A stretch of DNA of 64,000 nucleotides from an uncultured Atribacterota bacterium (lineage in GTDB: Bacteria > Atribacterota > Phoenicimicrobiia > Phoenicimicrobiales > Stramentimicrobiaceae): contig CAYSSG010000006.1 of NCBI GenBank assembly GCA_964433635.1, forward strand, positions 1,022 to 65,021, in the 5' to 3' direction. The position numbers were made by a program, and so were the translations under genes. The notes beneath the pieces are model-generated. The model saw only the letters and a program-made list of their open reading frames with translations, made no database searches and was not told the DNA's origin. Numbering within the stretch: the stretch's first letter is position 1; each line of letters begins with the position of its first letter. Shown here in pieces: positions 31,233 to 42,161 of the stretch.

Positions 31233-31499
31233 ATGATGTCAGCCAAAATAAAATTAAGAAGAGAAGGAGCCAAGATGAATCCTTCTTATAAAATTGTAGT
31301 GATCGATTCACGCAAACCGAGAGATGGCCGGTTTATTAAAATGTTAGGTTATTATCAACCAACCAATGAACCTTATACATTTAAAGTAGATAAAGAAGAA
31401 ACCTTGAGATGGATAAAACAAGGTACAAAGATGACGAAAACAGTTGAATCATTATTTAAAAAAAATGGCATACTTGAGACCACTAAAAATACCAAATAA
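31233..31499 (+). CDS. rpsP: 30S ribosomal protein S16
   Basis: KIKLRREGAKMNPSYKIVVIDSRKPRDGRFI, typical S16. Confidence 0.9.
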   Translation: MMSAKIKLRREGAKMNPSYKIVVIDSRKPRDGRFIKMLGYYQPTNEPYTFKVDKEETLRWIKQGTKMTKTVESLFKKNGILETTKNTK

Positions 31500-31544
31500 C
31501 TGGATCTAACTTGAAATTTATAGGTATGTACTGGAGAAAAATAT

Positions 31545-31775
31545 TTGAAAGAAATGATTGAATATATATTAAAATCAATTGTTGATTATCCGGACAGAGT
31601 GAAAATAAATGAAGTAACCGGGGAAAAGATATCTGTTCTGGAGATCAGTGTTGATTCGAGTGATATCGGAAAGATTATCGGTAAGCAAGGAAGGGTCATT
31701 AAAGCCCTCAGGACAATCATTAAAGCGGCTACGATTAAAGACAAGAAAAGAACGGTTATTGAAATCATGGAATAA
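31545..31775 (+). CDS. KH-domain RNA-binding protein (YlqC/UPF0109 family)
   Basis: 76 aa, GxxG KH motif (IGKIIGKQGRVIKALR). Conserved position between rpsP and trmD. Confidence 0.8.
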   Translation: MKEMIEYILKSIVDYPDRVKINEVTGEKISVLEISVDSSDIGKIIGKQGRVIKALRTIIKAATIKDKKRTVIEIME

Positions 31776-31784
31776 GGGAATCTT

Positions 31785-32522
31785 ATGGAAATAACCATCT
31801 TAACTATTTTCCCAGAGATGTTCGTTTCACCGTTTTCTGAGAGTATCATCAAAAGAGCACAGGAGAATAAGTTAATTAATATCAATATTATTGATATCAG
31901 GCATTTTACCAGAGACAGACATAAAAGTGTTGATGATTATTCCTATGGCGGAGGCCCTGGAATGGTATTAAAGCCTGAACCTATTATTGAAGCAGTTGAA
32001 ACTATTTTCAATAAAAATAAAAAATTCGAAAATAGTAAGATTATCATCTCGTCTGCACAGGGAAGTATATTTAATCAAAATATGGCAAAGAATCTAGCCT
32101 TAAATGAGGAAATTGTATTTATCTGCGGAAGATATGAAGGGATTGATGAGAGAGTAGCATGCCTGTTGAATGCTGAGGAAATATCCATCGGAGATTATGT
32201 GATGACCGGGGGTGAAATCCCGGTAATGGTGATGATAGATGTGATTATTCGAATGCTCCCCGGTGTTTTAGGAAAAGAAGAATCCATGATGAATGACTCC
32301 TTCTATCATGGATTGCTTGATTTTCCACATTATACCAGACCAGAAACATACAGAGGGCATAAAGTACCAGATGTATTATTATCAGGTGACCACAAAAAGA
32401 TTGAAAAATGGAGAAATACGCAATCTATCATAAGAACACTGTTACGTAGACCGGATTTATTTATGAATAGAAAATTTACGGATGAAGAAATAAATATTAT
32501 CAACGAACTGAAAACAGATTAA
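31785..32522 (+). CDS. trmD: tRNA (guanine37-N1)-methyltransferase
   Basis: MEITILTIFPEMF N-terminus, SPOUT fold motifs. Confidence 0.9.
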   Translation: MEITILTIFPEMFVSPFSESIIKRAQENKLININIIDIRHFTRDRHKSVDDYSYGGGPGMVLKPEPIIEAVETIFNKNKKFENSKIIISSAQGSIFNQNMAKNLALNEEIVFICGRYEGIDERVACLLNAEEISIGDYVMTGGEIPVMVMIDVIIRMLPGVLGKEESMMNDSFYHGLLDFPHYTRPETYRGHKVPDVLLSGDHKKIEKWRNTQSIIRTLLRRPDLFMNRKFTDEEINIINELKTD

Positions 32523-32544
32523 CAGGGAAAGAAAGGAAAAATCA

Positions 32545-32877
32545 ATGGATTATATTAAAGATATTGAAGATGACCAATTAAAAAAAGACACTATTGAAGC
32601 AAAACCGGGTGATTTGATTGAAGTTCATCAAAGGATTGTTGAGGGGGAAAGAAAAAGAACGCAGATATTTAGGGGCATTCTGATTGCCCGTAAACATGGA
32701 GGCAGTAGGGAGACTATTATTGTCAGAAAAGTAACGAAGGGCATCGGTGTAGAAAAGATTTTTCCAATAAATTCTCCCAATATCGAGAAAATTAATTTAA
32801 TAAAGAAAGGTTCAGCTAGAAAAGCTAAATTATATTATCTCCGGAATAGAATAGGCCAAAAAGGCTTGATGACTTAA
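32545..32877 (+). CDS. rplS: 50S ribosomal protein L19
   Basis: PGDLIEVHQRIVEGERKRTQIFRGILIARK, typical L19. Confidence 0.9.
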   Translation: MDYIKDIEDDQLKKDTIEAKPGDLIEVHQRIVEGERKRTQIFRGILIARKHGGSRETIIVRKVTKGIGVEKIFPINSPNIEKINLIKKGSARKAKLYYLRNRIGQKGLMT

Positions 32878-32899
32878 AACAGTAGCCAAGTAATTTCAA

Positions 32900-33649
32900 T
32901 TGAATAAAATAGAGTATATCAGAAAAGTATATCAGTTAAGAAAAAAAATGCTCTTTCTTTACAGAGAAAGAGAGAGAGTTGATAGACTGAAACATATTGA
33001 GCTAAAACTCTATGATACAGGATTTAAATATATTGCCGGTATTGATGAAGCAGGCAGAGGTGCTTTAGCAGGTCCGGTTGTGGCAGCTGCTGTTATACTA
33101 AAAGGCATTGACCATTTTTTTATTGCTGATCTGAAAGATTCAAAAAAAATAAATAAAGAAAAGAGAGGGCACATATTCGAAATTCTGAAAAATAAATCCT
33201 GTGACATAGGCGTTGGTGTTGTGAAATCAGAGATTATCGACAAACTGAATATCGCTCAGGCAACCTTTCTCGCCATGAAAAGAGCAATCATGAATTTAAA
33301 AAGATGTCCTGATTTTATATTAGTAGATGCCTTTAGGATTCCCAATCTGAAAATACCTCAAGATAATCTTATCAAAGGTGAAGATAAAAGTATCTCCATC
33401 GCTGCTGCATCCATTATTGCGAAAGTGTATCGAGACCAACTGATGAATCAAACACATAAGAACTATCCTGTTTATCAATTTAACCAGAATGTGGGTTATG
33501 GAACAAAAAATCACTTAATAGCCATCAATAAATATGGAATTTGCCCATTACATCGAGTAACATATAAAGGTGTAACTGATTGTTCTGCCAAAAAACAAGC
33601 ATTATTACGGCAGAAAAGTTTATTCAATATTGAAATGAATCCACAATAA
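32900..33649 (+). CDS. rnhB: ribonuclease HII
   Basis: GIDEAGRGALAGPVVAAAVIL catalytic motif. Confidence 0.9.
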   Translation: MNKIEYIRKVYQLRKKMLFLYRERERVDRLKHIELKLYDTGFKYIAGIDEAGRGALAGPVVAAAVILKGIDHFFIADLKDSKKINKEKRGHIFEILKNKSCDIGVGVVKSEIIDKLNIAQATFLAMKRAIMNLKRCPDFILVDAFRIPNLKIPQDNLIKGEDKSISIAAASIIAKVYRDQLMNQTHKNYPVYQFNQNVGYGTKNHLIAINKYGICPLHRVTYKGVTDCSAKKQALLRQKSLFNIEMNPQ

Positions 33650-33657
33650 AGATTAAA

Positions 33658-34014
33658 ATGAAACATTCCGGACAAAAAGGAGAAGAGCTTGCAATTCAAT
33701 TTCTGACCGAGAAAGGCTATCATATCCTGGAACATAATTTCAAAGTCATATTTGGTGAAATAGATATCATTGCCAAAAAAAATCATTCTATCTGTTTTGT
33801 TGAGGTAAAAAGTAGAAAATCTAGGAAATTCGGACTTCCTGAGGAAGCCATTACAGAATATAAAAAGAAAAAAATCATCAGAGTTGCTCAATATTACATT
33901 AAGCAGAAAGATATCAAAAATAGTTTATTTCGTTTTGATGTTGTTTCTATTCAGTTAAATGAAAGGAATCAACTTGAAATAAGGCATATTCGTGATGCTT
34001 TTTCAGCTTGTTAA
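33658..34014 (+). CDS. yraN: YraN/UPF0102 family endonuclease
   Basis: 118 aa, GEIDII...FVEVK motif. Conserved neighbour of rnhB and comM in Bacillota. Confidence 0.75.
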   Translation: MKHSGQKGEELAIQFLTEKGYHILEHNFKVIFGEIDIIAKKNHSICFVEVKSRKSRKFGLPEEAITEYKKKKIIRVAQYYIKQKDIKNSLFRFDVVSIQLNERNQLEIRHIRDAFSAC

Positions 34015-34035
34015 AAAATAAATGCAGGTGTTCAT

Positions 34036-35571
34036 TTGATTGCAAAACTTTGTAGTACTGCCCTTTTCGGTGTAGAAGCCTTTGTTGTTGAAGTGGAAGT
34101 GGATGTCTCCTATGGACTTCCGTCTTTTAATATTGTCGGGTTGCCGGATACTGCTGTTCAGGAATCCAAAGAAAGAGTCAGATCCGCTATAAAAAATGCT
34201 GAGTATCAATTTCCTATGCAAAGAATTACTGTAAATCTGGCACCGGCGAATATCAAAAAAGAAGGACCGGCTCTTGACCTGCCTATCGCGATAGGGATAC
34301 TGATTGCCAACAAACAGATGGAAGCAATCCCCTTTAAACAATTTATTATGATTGGAGAACTGTCACTTACCGGACAGATAAGACCTGTGAATGGTGTACT
34401 GTCCATCGCTTTGATGGCCAGAGAAAATAAGATCAGGAATCTTATTATACCAGCAGAGAATGCGCTTGAAGCCGGGATCATTGAAGGAATCAATATTTAT
34501 CCTGTTTCAAATTTAAGAGAAGTGGTTAGACTGCTTAAGAATGAAAATACCTTGCAACCAATACGGGTAGACAAATTCGAGCTAATGAAGAACAGGGATC
34601 AATATGAGATTGATTTTTCGGATGTCAAGGGACAAAATCATGCTAAGAGAGCACTGGAGGTTGCAGCGGCAGGAAGCCACAATGTAATCATGATAGGTCC
34701 GCCTGGTTCAGGAAAAACGATGTTAGCTCAGCGAATTCCAACCATACTACCATCCTTGACATTGGAAGAATCAATAGAGATTACGCGTTTGTATAGCATT
34801 TCCAATTTAACCGACCGTCAATGGCCAATTATGAATAAGAGACCTTTCCGTTCTCCACATCATACCATCAGTAATATCGGATTAATTGGAGGAGGACGTA
34901 TACCCAAGCCGGGTGAAATCAGTTTAGCACATAATGGTGTTTTATTTTTGGATGAATTACCTGAATTCAACCGCTCCGCTCTTGAGTCATTACGGCAACC
35001 TCTCGAAAGTGGAAAAGTAACTATTTCCAGAACACTCAGGTCAGTAACATATCTATCACACTTCATGCTGATTGCAGCTGCTAATCCCTGCCCCTGTGGT
35101 TATTTTGGGGATACAATAAAACAATGTACCTGTACATCTCATCAAATCAGGAAATACAGATCAAGGATCTCCGGCCCCCTGCTGGACAGGATTGACATTC
35201 AGATTGAAGTTCCAAGGCTTGATTACAGGGAATTGGCAAACAGGAATTTAAATAGTGAATCTTCAAGTGAAATCAGATATAGAATTGAAAAAGCCAGGGA
35301 AATCCAATTAAAGCGATTCAAAAATAGACGTATATACAGTAATTCCCAGATGAATCGCAAAGATATTGAGAGAAACTGTAAATTATCCCCGGAATGCTTT
35401 GAATTACTACATCAGGCTATGGTTAAACTGAAGCTTAGCGCCAGGGCTTATGATAAAATAATAAAGCTATCCAGAACAATTGCTGATCTTAATTCAGCAG
35501 AAGATATCCAGACTCAGCACATTGCTGAGGCAATTCAATATCGAAGCCTGGATCGGGAAGAGTTGTTATAA
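34036..35571 (+). CDS. comM: Mg-chelatase-like AAA+ ATPase YifB/ComM (TTG start)
   Basis: 511 aa. N-terminal Lon-like domain, Walker A GPPGSGKT, ChlI-type Walker B/arginine finger, C-terminal helical domain. Confidence 0.85.
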   Translation: MIAKLCSTALFGVEAFVVEVEVDVSYGLPSFNIVGLPDTAVQESKERVRSAIKNAEYQFPMQRITVNLAPANIKKEGPALDLPIAIGILIANKQMEAIPFKQFIMIGELSLTGQIRPVNGVLSIALMARENKIRNLIIPAENALEAGIIEGINIYPVSNLREVVRLLKNENTLQPIRVDKFELMKNRDQYEIDFSDVKGQNHAKRALEVAAAGSHNVIMIGPPGSGKTMLAQRIPTILPSLTLEESIEITRLYSISNLTDRQWPIMNKRPFRSPHHTISNIGLIGGGRIPKPGEISLAHNGVLFLDELPEFNRSALESLRQPLESGKVTISRTLRSVTYLSHFMLIAAANPCPCGYFGDTIKQCTCTSHQIRKYRSRISGPLLDRIDIQIEVPRLDYRELANRNLNSESSSEIRYRIEKAREIQLKRFKNRRIYSNSQMNRKDIERNCKLSPECFELLHQAMVKLKLSARAYDKIIKLSRTIADLNSAEDIQTQHIAEAIQYRSLDREELL

Positions 35572-35760
35572 AAAACGGCGAGATCGCACCACCAGATTGG
35601 GTAACCTGGCCGAAATACTTTCGTATAAGAATGAATCCTTCAAAAATGGAAGTACAGATACAGAAGAATGGTTTGCTGAAAATAATCAATATTGACAGGA
35701 TTTCAGCGGAATAAATCAATGTGGCAACAATATAATTTTCAATGAAAAGGTGGGAATAGA

Positions 35761-36426
35761 ATGAAGAACAAGTTAGCCGTATCAATATTAAATGCAGATT
35801 TTTCTTGTTTAAAAGATGTTCTTTTTATGTTAGAGGAAAATGAAGTTGATTTAATTCATCTCGATGTAATGGATGGTCTTTTTGTACCCAATATCACTTT
35901 TGGACCTAAAATTGTGGGAACAGTCAGAGAAAATACCAATCTACCCCTTAGCGTTCACCTGATGATTGATCAGCCAGAAAGATATATTGCTGTCTTCTCA
36001 GAGGTGATGCGACCAGAAGACTGCCTGATTGTCCATGTTGAAGCTTGCAAACATTTAGACAGTGTCCTGCAAAATATTCTTGATTCCAATTTACTTGCCG
36101 GAGTAGCTCTAAATCCATCTACCTCATTGGAATCGATAAAATACATAATGGATAAACTGAATACCGTCCTAATCATGACGGTAAATCCGGGTTTCGGCGG
36201 ACAGAAATTTTTACCATCAATGATAGCCAAGATTAGAGATTTCAGGAAAATGGCCGATGAAGACAAAAAATCTGTAAATATCCAGGTTGACGGAGGAATT
36301 AATCTGGAAAATTTATTACAGGTAAATCAGGCTGGTGCCAATATTCTGGTTATTGGTTCAGAAATTTTTAAGGATCCATATCCCAAAAAAATCATTGAAC
36401 AGATTCGAAGAAAGCTTTTATTATAG
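35761..36426 (+). CDS. rpe: ribulose-phosphate 3-epimerase
   Basis: 221 aa. IHLDVMDG and MTVNPGFGGQKF motifs. Confidence 0.9.
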   Translation: MKNKLAVSILNADFSCLKDVLFMLEENEVDLIHLDVMDGLFVPNITFGPKIVGTVRENTNLPLSVHLMIDQPERYIAVFSEVMRPEDCLIVHVEACKHLDSVLQNILDSNLLAGVALNPSTSLESIKYIMDKLNTVLIMTVNPGFGGQKFLPSMIAKIRDFRKMADEDKKSVNIQVDGGINLENLLQVNQAGANILVIGSEIFKDPYPKKIIEQIRRKLLL

Positions 36427-36511
36427 TATTGATTTCTCTCAAGTTATATGATAATAAACCAAAGCAATATGCCTAATGTATCTTTATAGGTCGGACTGAT
36501 AAATAAACGAT

Positions 36512-37840
36512 ATGAGAACCAAGATTGCAATTATCGGAAAAACAAATACAGGTAAGTCTACTTTATTTAATCGCCTGATTGGGTTCAGGAAAGCAATTGT
36601 TCTGCGGGAAGCAGGCATCACCCGTGACCGAAACTATGGGAATTTTTCCTGGCAGGGAAGGGAATTTACCCTGATAGATACCGGTGGAGTTGATTATACC
36701 AGTGAACAGAAATCTATCCAGCAAAAGATTCTTGACCAGTCAAAGAAGGCAATCATAGAATCAGATTTTATTCTGTTTTTGGTTGATGTCATGACTGGTA
36801 TCCAACAGGAAGACCTGGATATCGCAAAATTTATACGAAGAAAGAACAAAGAATCAATCCTAGTCGTCAATAAGGATGACATCAAAGAAAAAAATTATTT
36901 TAAAAGCGATTTTTTCCGCTTAGGACTGGGTGAACCCAGCCTTATTTCTGCTGAACAGGGTATCAATATAGGGGATTTGATGGATAGAATCGTATCTCTG
37001 GTACCTGAAAAGTATCCCTTCAGTAAGAAAGATAAAGATTGTTGCATAAGTGTGGCGATTATTGGAAAACCGAATGTAGGAAAATCAAGTATATTAAATG
37101 CGTTGTTAAATGATGAACGAATGATTGTTGATGATATACCGGGTACAACCCGTGACGCAATTGAGTATTCATTGGATTTCAGGGAATATAGAATACAATT
37201 TATTGACACTTCCGGCTTACGCAGGAAAAGTAGTGTAAGAGATGGCATTGAATATTTCGGAAATATACGAACAATTGATTCCATCAAAAAATCAGATATT
37301 GTACTGCTTGTATTGGATGCCAGTCATGCCATCAGTATGCAGGATAAAAGGCTTGCCAATAGAATTCTGGAAGAAAAGAAAGCCTGTATTGTTTTACTGA
37401 ATAAATATGACCTGGTACGTAACCAGAAGGAAATCGATAAAAAAACGCTACTACAAATGAGTCGATATGATTTAAGGTTTTTGAAAGATACTCGGATATT
37501 AACCACCATCGCGGCTGGCTCAAATAAAATAGTTGCAGGAATTCTCGATGCTGTCATAGAAGTGTATAAGGAATGCAATCAAAGAATATCTACATCGCAA
37601 TTAAATAGTGTTGTACAGAAGATTGTTCAGGAGAAACCACCTAAAATTGTGAATGGTAGAAGAATTCATTTTTTTTATATCACACAAACAGGGGTAAATC
37701 CTCCTGCATTCAGACTATTTGTAAATGACCCGGATCTTTTATATAATTCTTATCGAAGATATTTAGAAAATCAATTTATAAAATTCTTTAGATTTAAAGG
37801 TATTCCGATTGTTTTTCAATATCAGAAGAGAAAAAAGTAA
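36512..37840 (+). CDS. der: ribosome biogenesis GTPase Der (EngA)
   Basis: Two tandem GTPase domains (GKTNTGKST; GKPNVGKSS) plus C-terminal KH-like domain. Confidence 0.95.
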   Translation: MRTKIAIIGKTNTGKSTLFNRLIGFRKAIVLREAGITRDRNYGNFSWQGREFTLIDTGGVDYTSEQKSIQQKILDQSKKAIIESDFILFLVDVMTGIQQEDLDIAKFIRRKNKESILVVNKDDIKEKNYFKSDFFRLGLGEPSLISAEQGINIGDLMDRIVSLVPEKYPFSKKDKDCCISVAIIGKPNVGKSSILNALLNDERMIVDDIPGTTRDAIEYSLDFREYRIQFIDTSGLRRKSSVRDGIEYFGNIRTIDSIKKSDIVLLVLDASHAISMQDKRLANRILEEKKACIVLLNKYDLVRNQKEIDKKTLLQMSRYDLRFLKDTRILTTIAAGSNKIVAGILDAVIEVYKECNQRISTSQLNSVVQKIVQEKPPKIVNGRRIHFFYITQTGVNPPAFRLFVNDPDLLYNSYRRYLENQFIKFFRFKGIPIVFQYQKRKK

Positions 37841-37845
37841 AATAG

Positions 37846-38460
37846 GTGATCACTAAAATGATACAAACCCTGTTCATTTTATTAAGCTATTTGATTGGTT
37901 CAATACCTTTTGGCTATCTGGTAGGAAAATATTTAAAAAAGATAGATATAAGAGAATATGGAAGTGGGAATATCGGTGCCTCAAACATCTTTCGGATTAT
38001 GGGAGCAAAATATGCCCTAATCGTCTTGATTGGGGACTGTTTAAAGGGATTTTTTATTGTCTTCCTTGCCAGATGGATCATCATAGAAAAAATGGAATTT
38101 TATTTACTGATTGGTCTGGTTGCTATTATTGGACATAACTGGTCTTGCTTCTTGGGTTTTAAAGGAGGAAAGGGTATCGCCACAACTTATGGCGTTGTTC
38201 TGGCTTTTTATCCCTCCATCGCAATTATATCTGCGGTTATATGGGGAATGATTGTATCCGTAACAAAGTTTGCCGCATTAGGTTCAATAATTTCAATTCT
38301 TGCCATGTTAGCCCTGGCTATCCTATTTCAGACACCCCTGTCATTTAAAATTTTTACAGGCTTAATCCTTTTGTTCGCACTGATTAGGCATCGGGGCAAT
38401 ATCATTCGATTAATGCAAAAAAAAGAAAATAAGATCCTTATTGAGAAGGATCAAAAATAA
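37846..38460 (+). CDS. plsY: glycerol-3-phosphate acyltransferase PlsY (GTG 37846 or ATG 37858)
   Basis: Membrane protein with SGNIGATN-like motif (GSGNIGASNIFR). Confidence 0.85.
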   Translation: MITKMIQTLFILLSYLIGSIPFGYLVGKYLKKIDIREYGSGNIGASNIFRIMGAKYALIVLIGDCLKGFFIVFLARWIIIEKMEFYLLIGLVAIIGHNWSCFLGFKGGKGIATTYGVVLAFYPSIAIISAVIWGMIVSVTKFAALGSIISILAMLALAILFQTPLSFKIFTGLILLFALIRHRGNIIRLMQKKENKILIEKDQK

Positions 38461-38504
38461 ATGAGTATCAGTAAACATTCTAAGTATATTGTCAGGTATT
38501 ATCT

Positions 38505-40607
38505 ATGAAAAATTGTTTAATTATTGTGGAATCTCCTACCAAGGTAAAGGTATTAAAAGAGATGCTGGGAGGAAATTGCGAGATAGCCTCAAGCAAAGGC
38601 CATATCAAAGACCTTCCAAAATCAAGGTTGGGAATTGATACGGAAAATGATTTTAAACCAACCTGGATTATTATTCCTGCAAAACGCCAGATAGTCAAAA
38701 AACTAAAAAATCTTACAGATGTTAACACGAAAGTCCTTTTAGCAACCGATCCCGATAGAGAAGGAGAAGCCATTTCATGGCATATTGCTCAAGAATTAGA
38801 GATTGAAGACCAAAAATGCCGGATTGTCTTTAACGAAATTACAAAGTCAGTCATTCAAAAAGCAATTGATCATCCGAGAAACCTTGATATGAATATTGTC
38901 GATTCTCAAATTGCCCGTCGATTACTTGATCGTTTAGTAGGATACAAGGTAAGTCCTCTTTGCTATAAATACACGCGTGGTAAAAGTGCGGGCAGGGTAC
39001 AATCGGTTGCGGTACATTTAATTGTGAAAAGAGAAAAGGAGATACAGTCTTTCCAACCTGAAGAATTCTGGAAAATCAGCGTGTTATTACAAAAAGAAGA
39101 TGATGGCAAAGAAAATTTCTTTGAAGCATTTTTAGTCTCCAGGAATAATAAAAAAATTCACATAAAGAATCAAGAAGAGGCAGAAGCTGTATGTAACAAA
39201 ATTAAAAATTACAGATATATTGTTTCCGATATTCAAAATAAAAAGGAATATAAACATGCACCCTTGCCCCTTAAAACCAGTACTCTTCAGCAGATGGCTT
39301 ATAATAAATTAAATTTTTCGGTAAAAAAGACAATGCGGATTGCTCAACAATTATATGAAGGAGTCTCCATAACCGGGCGTGGAACGCTGGGGTTAATCAC
39401 TTATATGAGAACTGATTCAACCCGTATATCCGATGAAGCCAAGAACAATGCTAAAAAATATATCAACCAAACTTATGGCAAAGATTATGTATCTTTCAGT
39501 AAGACTGATATAGGTAAATTTAAAAAAAGTAATACAAAGGTGCAAGATGCACATGAAGCAATCAGACCAACCTCGGTTGATCTTGAGCCTGATTTCATCA
39601 AAGGAAATCTTTCCCCTGATCAGTACAAGCTTTATCAGCTTATCTGGAAATTCTTCATTGCGAGCCAGATGAAATCTGCCTTACTGGAAAGGAAATATAT
39701 TAAAATACAAGCAGAAGAATATACATTTGAGCAGACCGGAATGAGAATTATTTTTCCGGGACATCTGAAGGTAATGGGTGATGCCGATATTGAGAAAATC
39801 AACCTCCCGGTATTGGTAAAAGGAGAAATGTTACATTTATTAAAGATCAATTCCAAACAAACCTTTACCAAACCACCTGCCAGATATAATGAAGCTAGTC
39901 TGGTAAAAGTATTAGAAAAAGAAGGCATTGGTAGACCAAGTACATATGCAGTCATTATTGATAAGATATTGAGTAGAGGCTATGTAGAGAAAGAAAACAA
40001 GAGATTAATACCCACTAAGTTGGGTATTATTGCAGACCAGTTTCTAACGGACTTTTTTTCCAACATCATCAATATAAAATTTACGGCAACAATGGAAAGT
40101 GAATTGGATAAAATTGAATCTGGAGAACATGGGTGGCAAAAAATATTAAATGTTTTTTATCAATCATTAATAAATGACATTAACCGGCTTATTCAAAATC
40201 CGCCCCATAAATATATTCAGCAAAGCAAGGAGTTAGTCGAAGAGAAATGTTTAATCTGTGGTAATCCAATGGAGGTCAGGAATGGACCTTATGGTAAATA
40301 CCTGGCATGTTCAAAATTCCCGATTGATCATCCTACCAAACCCTTTATGATGAAGATCGGTGTCATGTGTCCCGAAAAAGATTGTACCGGCGAAATCATC
40401 AAACGAAAAAGTAAAAAAGGAAGGGTATTTTATGGATGCAGTCGATATCCGAACTGTAAATTTTATTCCATTCACCCTCCGGTGAATAAAACATGCCCTA
40501 AGTGTGGCTCAATTATGGTGGAGATCAAAGATAAAAGAAAAGGTCATTACTATCATTGCATTTCAAAAGAGTGTAATTATCAAGAAAAGGCAGTAAAAAA
40601 TGAATAA
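38505..40607 (+). CDS. topA: DNA topoisomerase I
   Basis: 700 aa. Toprim (LIIVESPTK), catalytic Tyr region, three C-terminal C4 zinc ribbons. Confidence 0.95.
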   Translation: MKNCLIIVESPTKVKVLKEMLGGNCEIASSKGHIKDLPKSRLGIDTENDFKPTWIIIPAKRQIVKKLKNLTDVNTKVLLATDPDREGEAISWHIAQELEIEDQKCRIVFNEITKSVIQKAIDHPRNLDMNIVDSQIARRLLDRLVGYKVSPLCYKYTRGKSAGRVQSVAVHLIVKREKEIQSFQPEEFWKISVLLQKEDDGKENFFEAFLVSRNNKKIHIKNQEEAEAVCNKIKNYRYIVSDIQNKKEYKHAPLPLKTSTLQQMAYNKLNFSVKKTMRIAQQLYEGVSITGRGTLGLITYMRTDSTRISDEAKNNAKKYINQTYGKDYVSFSKTDIGKFKKSNTKVQDAHEAIRPTSVDLEPDFIKGNLSPDQYKLYQLIWKFFIASQMKSALLERKYIKIQAEEYTFEQTGMRIIFPGHLKVMGDADIEKINLPVLVKGEMLHLLKINSKQTFTKPPARYNEASLVKVLEKEGIGRPSTYAVIIDKILSRGYVEKENKRLIPTKLGIIADQFLTDFFSNIINIKFTATMESELDKIESGEHGWQKILNVFYQSLINDINRLIQNPPHKYIQQSKELVEEKCLICGNPMEVRNGPYGKYLACSKFPIDHPTKPFMMKIGVMCPEKDCTGEIIKRKSKKGRVFYGCSRYPNCKFYSIHPPVNKTCPKCGSIMVEIKDKRKGHYYHCISKECNYQEKAVKNE

Positions 40608-41520
40608 CTTCATCATTACACAAAATATGTTAGAAAACTATGAAAGTTTTTTGAAGGAAAAAAGGAATTTTTCCAGTCATACCATCCAGGCATATCTTAA
40701 GGATCTGGACAGTTGGATTCAGTATATCGAAAAAGACCAACAAACAGGTCATTCTAATGAAGTTGATTATCACCTTCTAAGAAAATATGTTGTTTTTTTA
40801 AAACAGGATAAATATTCTGAAAGAACAATTGCCAGAAAAATATCGTCACTCAGGGTATTTTTTAAGTATCTGGTGCATCAGGATTTGATTGATAAAAATC
40901 CGGCAGAATATCTACAAATTCCCAAAATTACCAAAAAACTACCAGATTTTTTATTCCTTGAGGAGGTTATAAAGTTGATTGAGTCTTTAACAACAGATAA
41001 ACCTGCCAGCATCAGAGATAAAGCTATCCTGGAGTTGCTTTATGGAACCGGAATTCGAGTAACAGAGTTATCTAATCTGGATATTGATAGTATTCATTTA
41101 GATGATGAAACAATCAAAGTGATGGGTAAAGGTTCAAAAGAAAGGATATTACCCATAAGCCAACCTGTCCAGAAAGCTTTATATCACTATTTAATGATTA
41201 GGAAGCAGACAGTAAGAGAACATTACCGCCAATCTATGAGCAGCAAGGCTTTATTTATCAGCTGTTTTGGAAAAAGAATCTCTTCCAGATCTATCAGGAA
41301 GATGATCAATAAAAAGATGCAACTGGCATGCTTAAATAAAAAGATAAGCCCGCATGTTTTCAGGCATACCTTTGCAACGCATTTATTAGATGGTGGAGCC
41401 GATTTACGTTCTGTACAGGAGCTTTTAGGACATAAAAGTCTGTCAACGACTCAGATATACACCCATGTAACAAAAGGTAAATTAGTAGAAACATACAAAA
41501 AAACGATACCAAGAAAATAG
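40600..41520 (+). CDS. xerC: tyrosine recombinase XerC/CodV-like (chromosome dimer resolution)
   Basis: R...HxxR...Y catalytic motifs (HVFRHTFATHLL, LGHKSLSTTQIYTHV). Conserved topA-codV-hslVU position. No flanking phage/att features. Confidence 0.8.
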   Translation: MNNFIITQNMLENYESFLKEKRNFSSHTIQAYLKDLDSWIQYIEKDQQTGHSNEVDYHLLRKYVVFLKQDKYSERTIARKISSLRVFFKYLVHQDLIDKNPAEYLQIPKITKKLPDFLFLEEVIKLIESLTTDKPASIRDKAILELLYGTGIRVTELSNLDIDSIHLDDETIKVMGKGSKERILPISQPVQKALYHYLMIRKQTVREHYRQSMSSKALFISCFGKRISSRSIRKMINKKMQLACLNKKISPHVFRHTFATHLLDGGADLRSVQELLGHKSLSTTQIYTHVTKGKLVETYKKTIPRK

Positions 41521-41613
41521 TGATAGTATATCCGATCAGATTAATGATAAAATGAAGCAGATCAGATCTCTGATATAAATGAAATGATAACTCGGGAAGG
41601 AGATGATTCCAGT

Positions 41614-42147
41614 ATGTATAAAGGTACGACGATTCTTGCAGTCAGGCGGGAGAAGGAAATTGCAATTGCCGGGGATGGACAGATTACTATAGGAAATACA
41701 ATCGCCAAAAATGAAGCAAAAAAAATCAGAAAACTCTATCATAATAGTGTATTAACAGGCTTTGCCGGTGGTGCTGCGGATGCGCTTACTCTATATGAAA
41801 GATTTGAAAATAAGTTAGAAGAATTTCATGGAAATTTAAAGCGTGCTTCCATTGAACTCGCAAAAGACTGGAGAACTGATAAAGCACTGAGGAGATTAGA
41901 AGCTCTGCTTATTGTGGCTGATTTAGAAGATATGTTCACAATTTCGGGTAACGGAGATATTATAGAGCCAGATAATCCTGTGGCTGCTATCGGATCAGGC
42001 GGACCCTATGCTCTTTCATCAGCTTATGCTTTATTGAAATATACTCAGTTGACAGCTTCGGATATAGCGCTTGAGTCACTAAAAATTGCTGCTTCAATTT
42101 GCATTTATACCAATCATCATATCTGTGTAGAATCTCTTAAAAGTTAA
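41614..42147 (+). CDS. hslV: ATP-dependent protease subunit HslV/ClpQ (the ORF track starts at 41584; ATG 41614 preferred)
   Basis: MYKG-TTILAV: N-terminal Thr nucleophile after a short leader, GDGQ motif. Confidence 0.9.
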   Translation: MYKGTTILAVRREKEIAIAGDGQITIGNTIAKNEAKKIRKLYHNSVLTGFAGGAADALTLYERFENKLEEFHGNLKRASIELAKDWRTDKALRRLEALLIVADLEDMFTISGNGDIIEPDNPVAAIGSGGPYALSSAYALLKYTQLTASDIALESLKIAASICIYTNHHICVESLKS

Positions 42148-42161
42148 CGGGGGGATAGATT

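Noticed and set aside
35480-35695. 71-aa + strand ORF spanning the comM 3' end and the downstream spacer.
   Set aside because: It starts inside comM in another frame, has no RBS and no recognisable domain. The GC-rich spacer segment it covers is better explained as RNA structure (reported separately).
40600-41520. Tyrosine recombinase as a marker of an integrated mobile element.
   Set aside because: It sits in the conserved chromosomal topA-codV(xerC)-hslVU context with no phage or plasmid genes, att duplications or compositional break. Interpreted as the chromosome-dimer-resolution recombinase.
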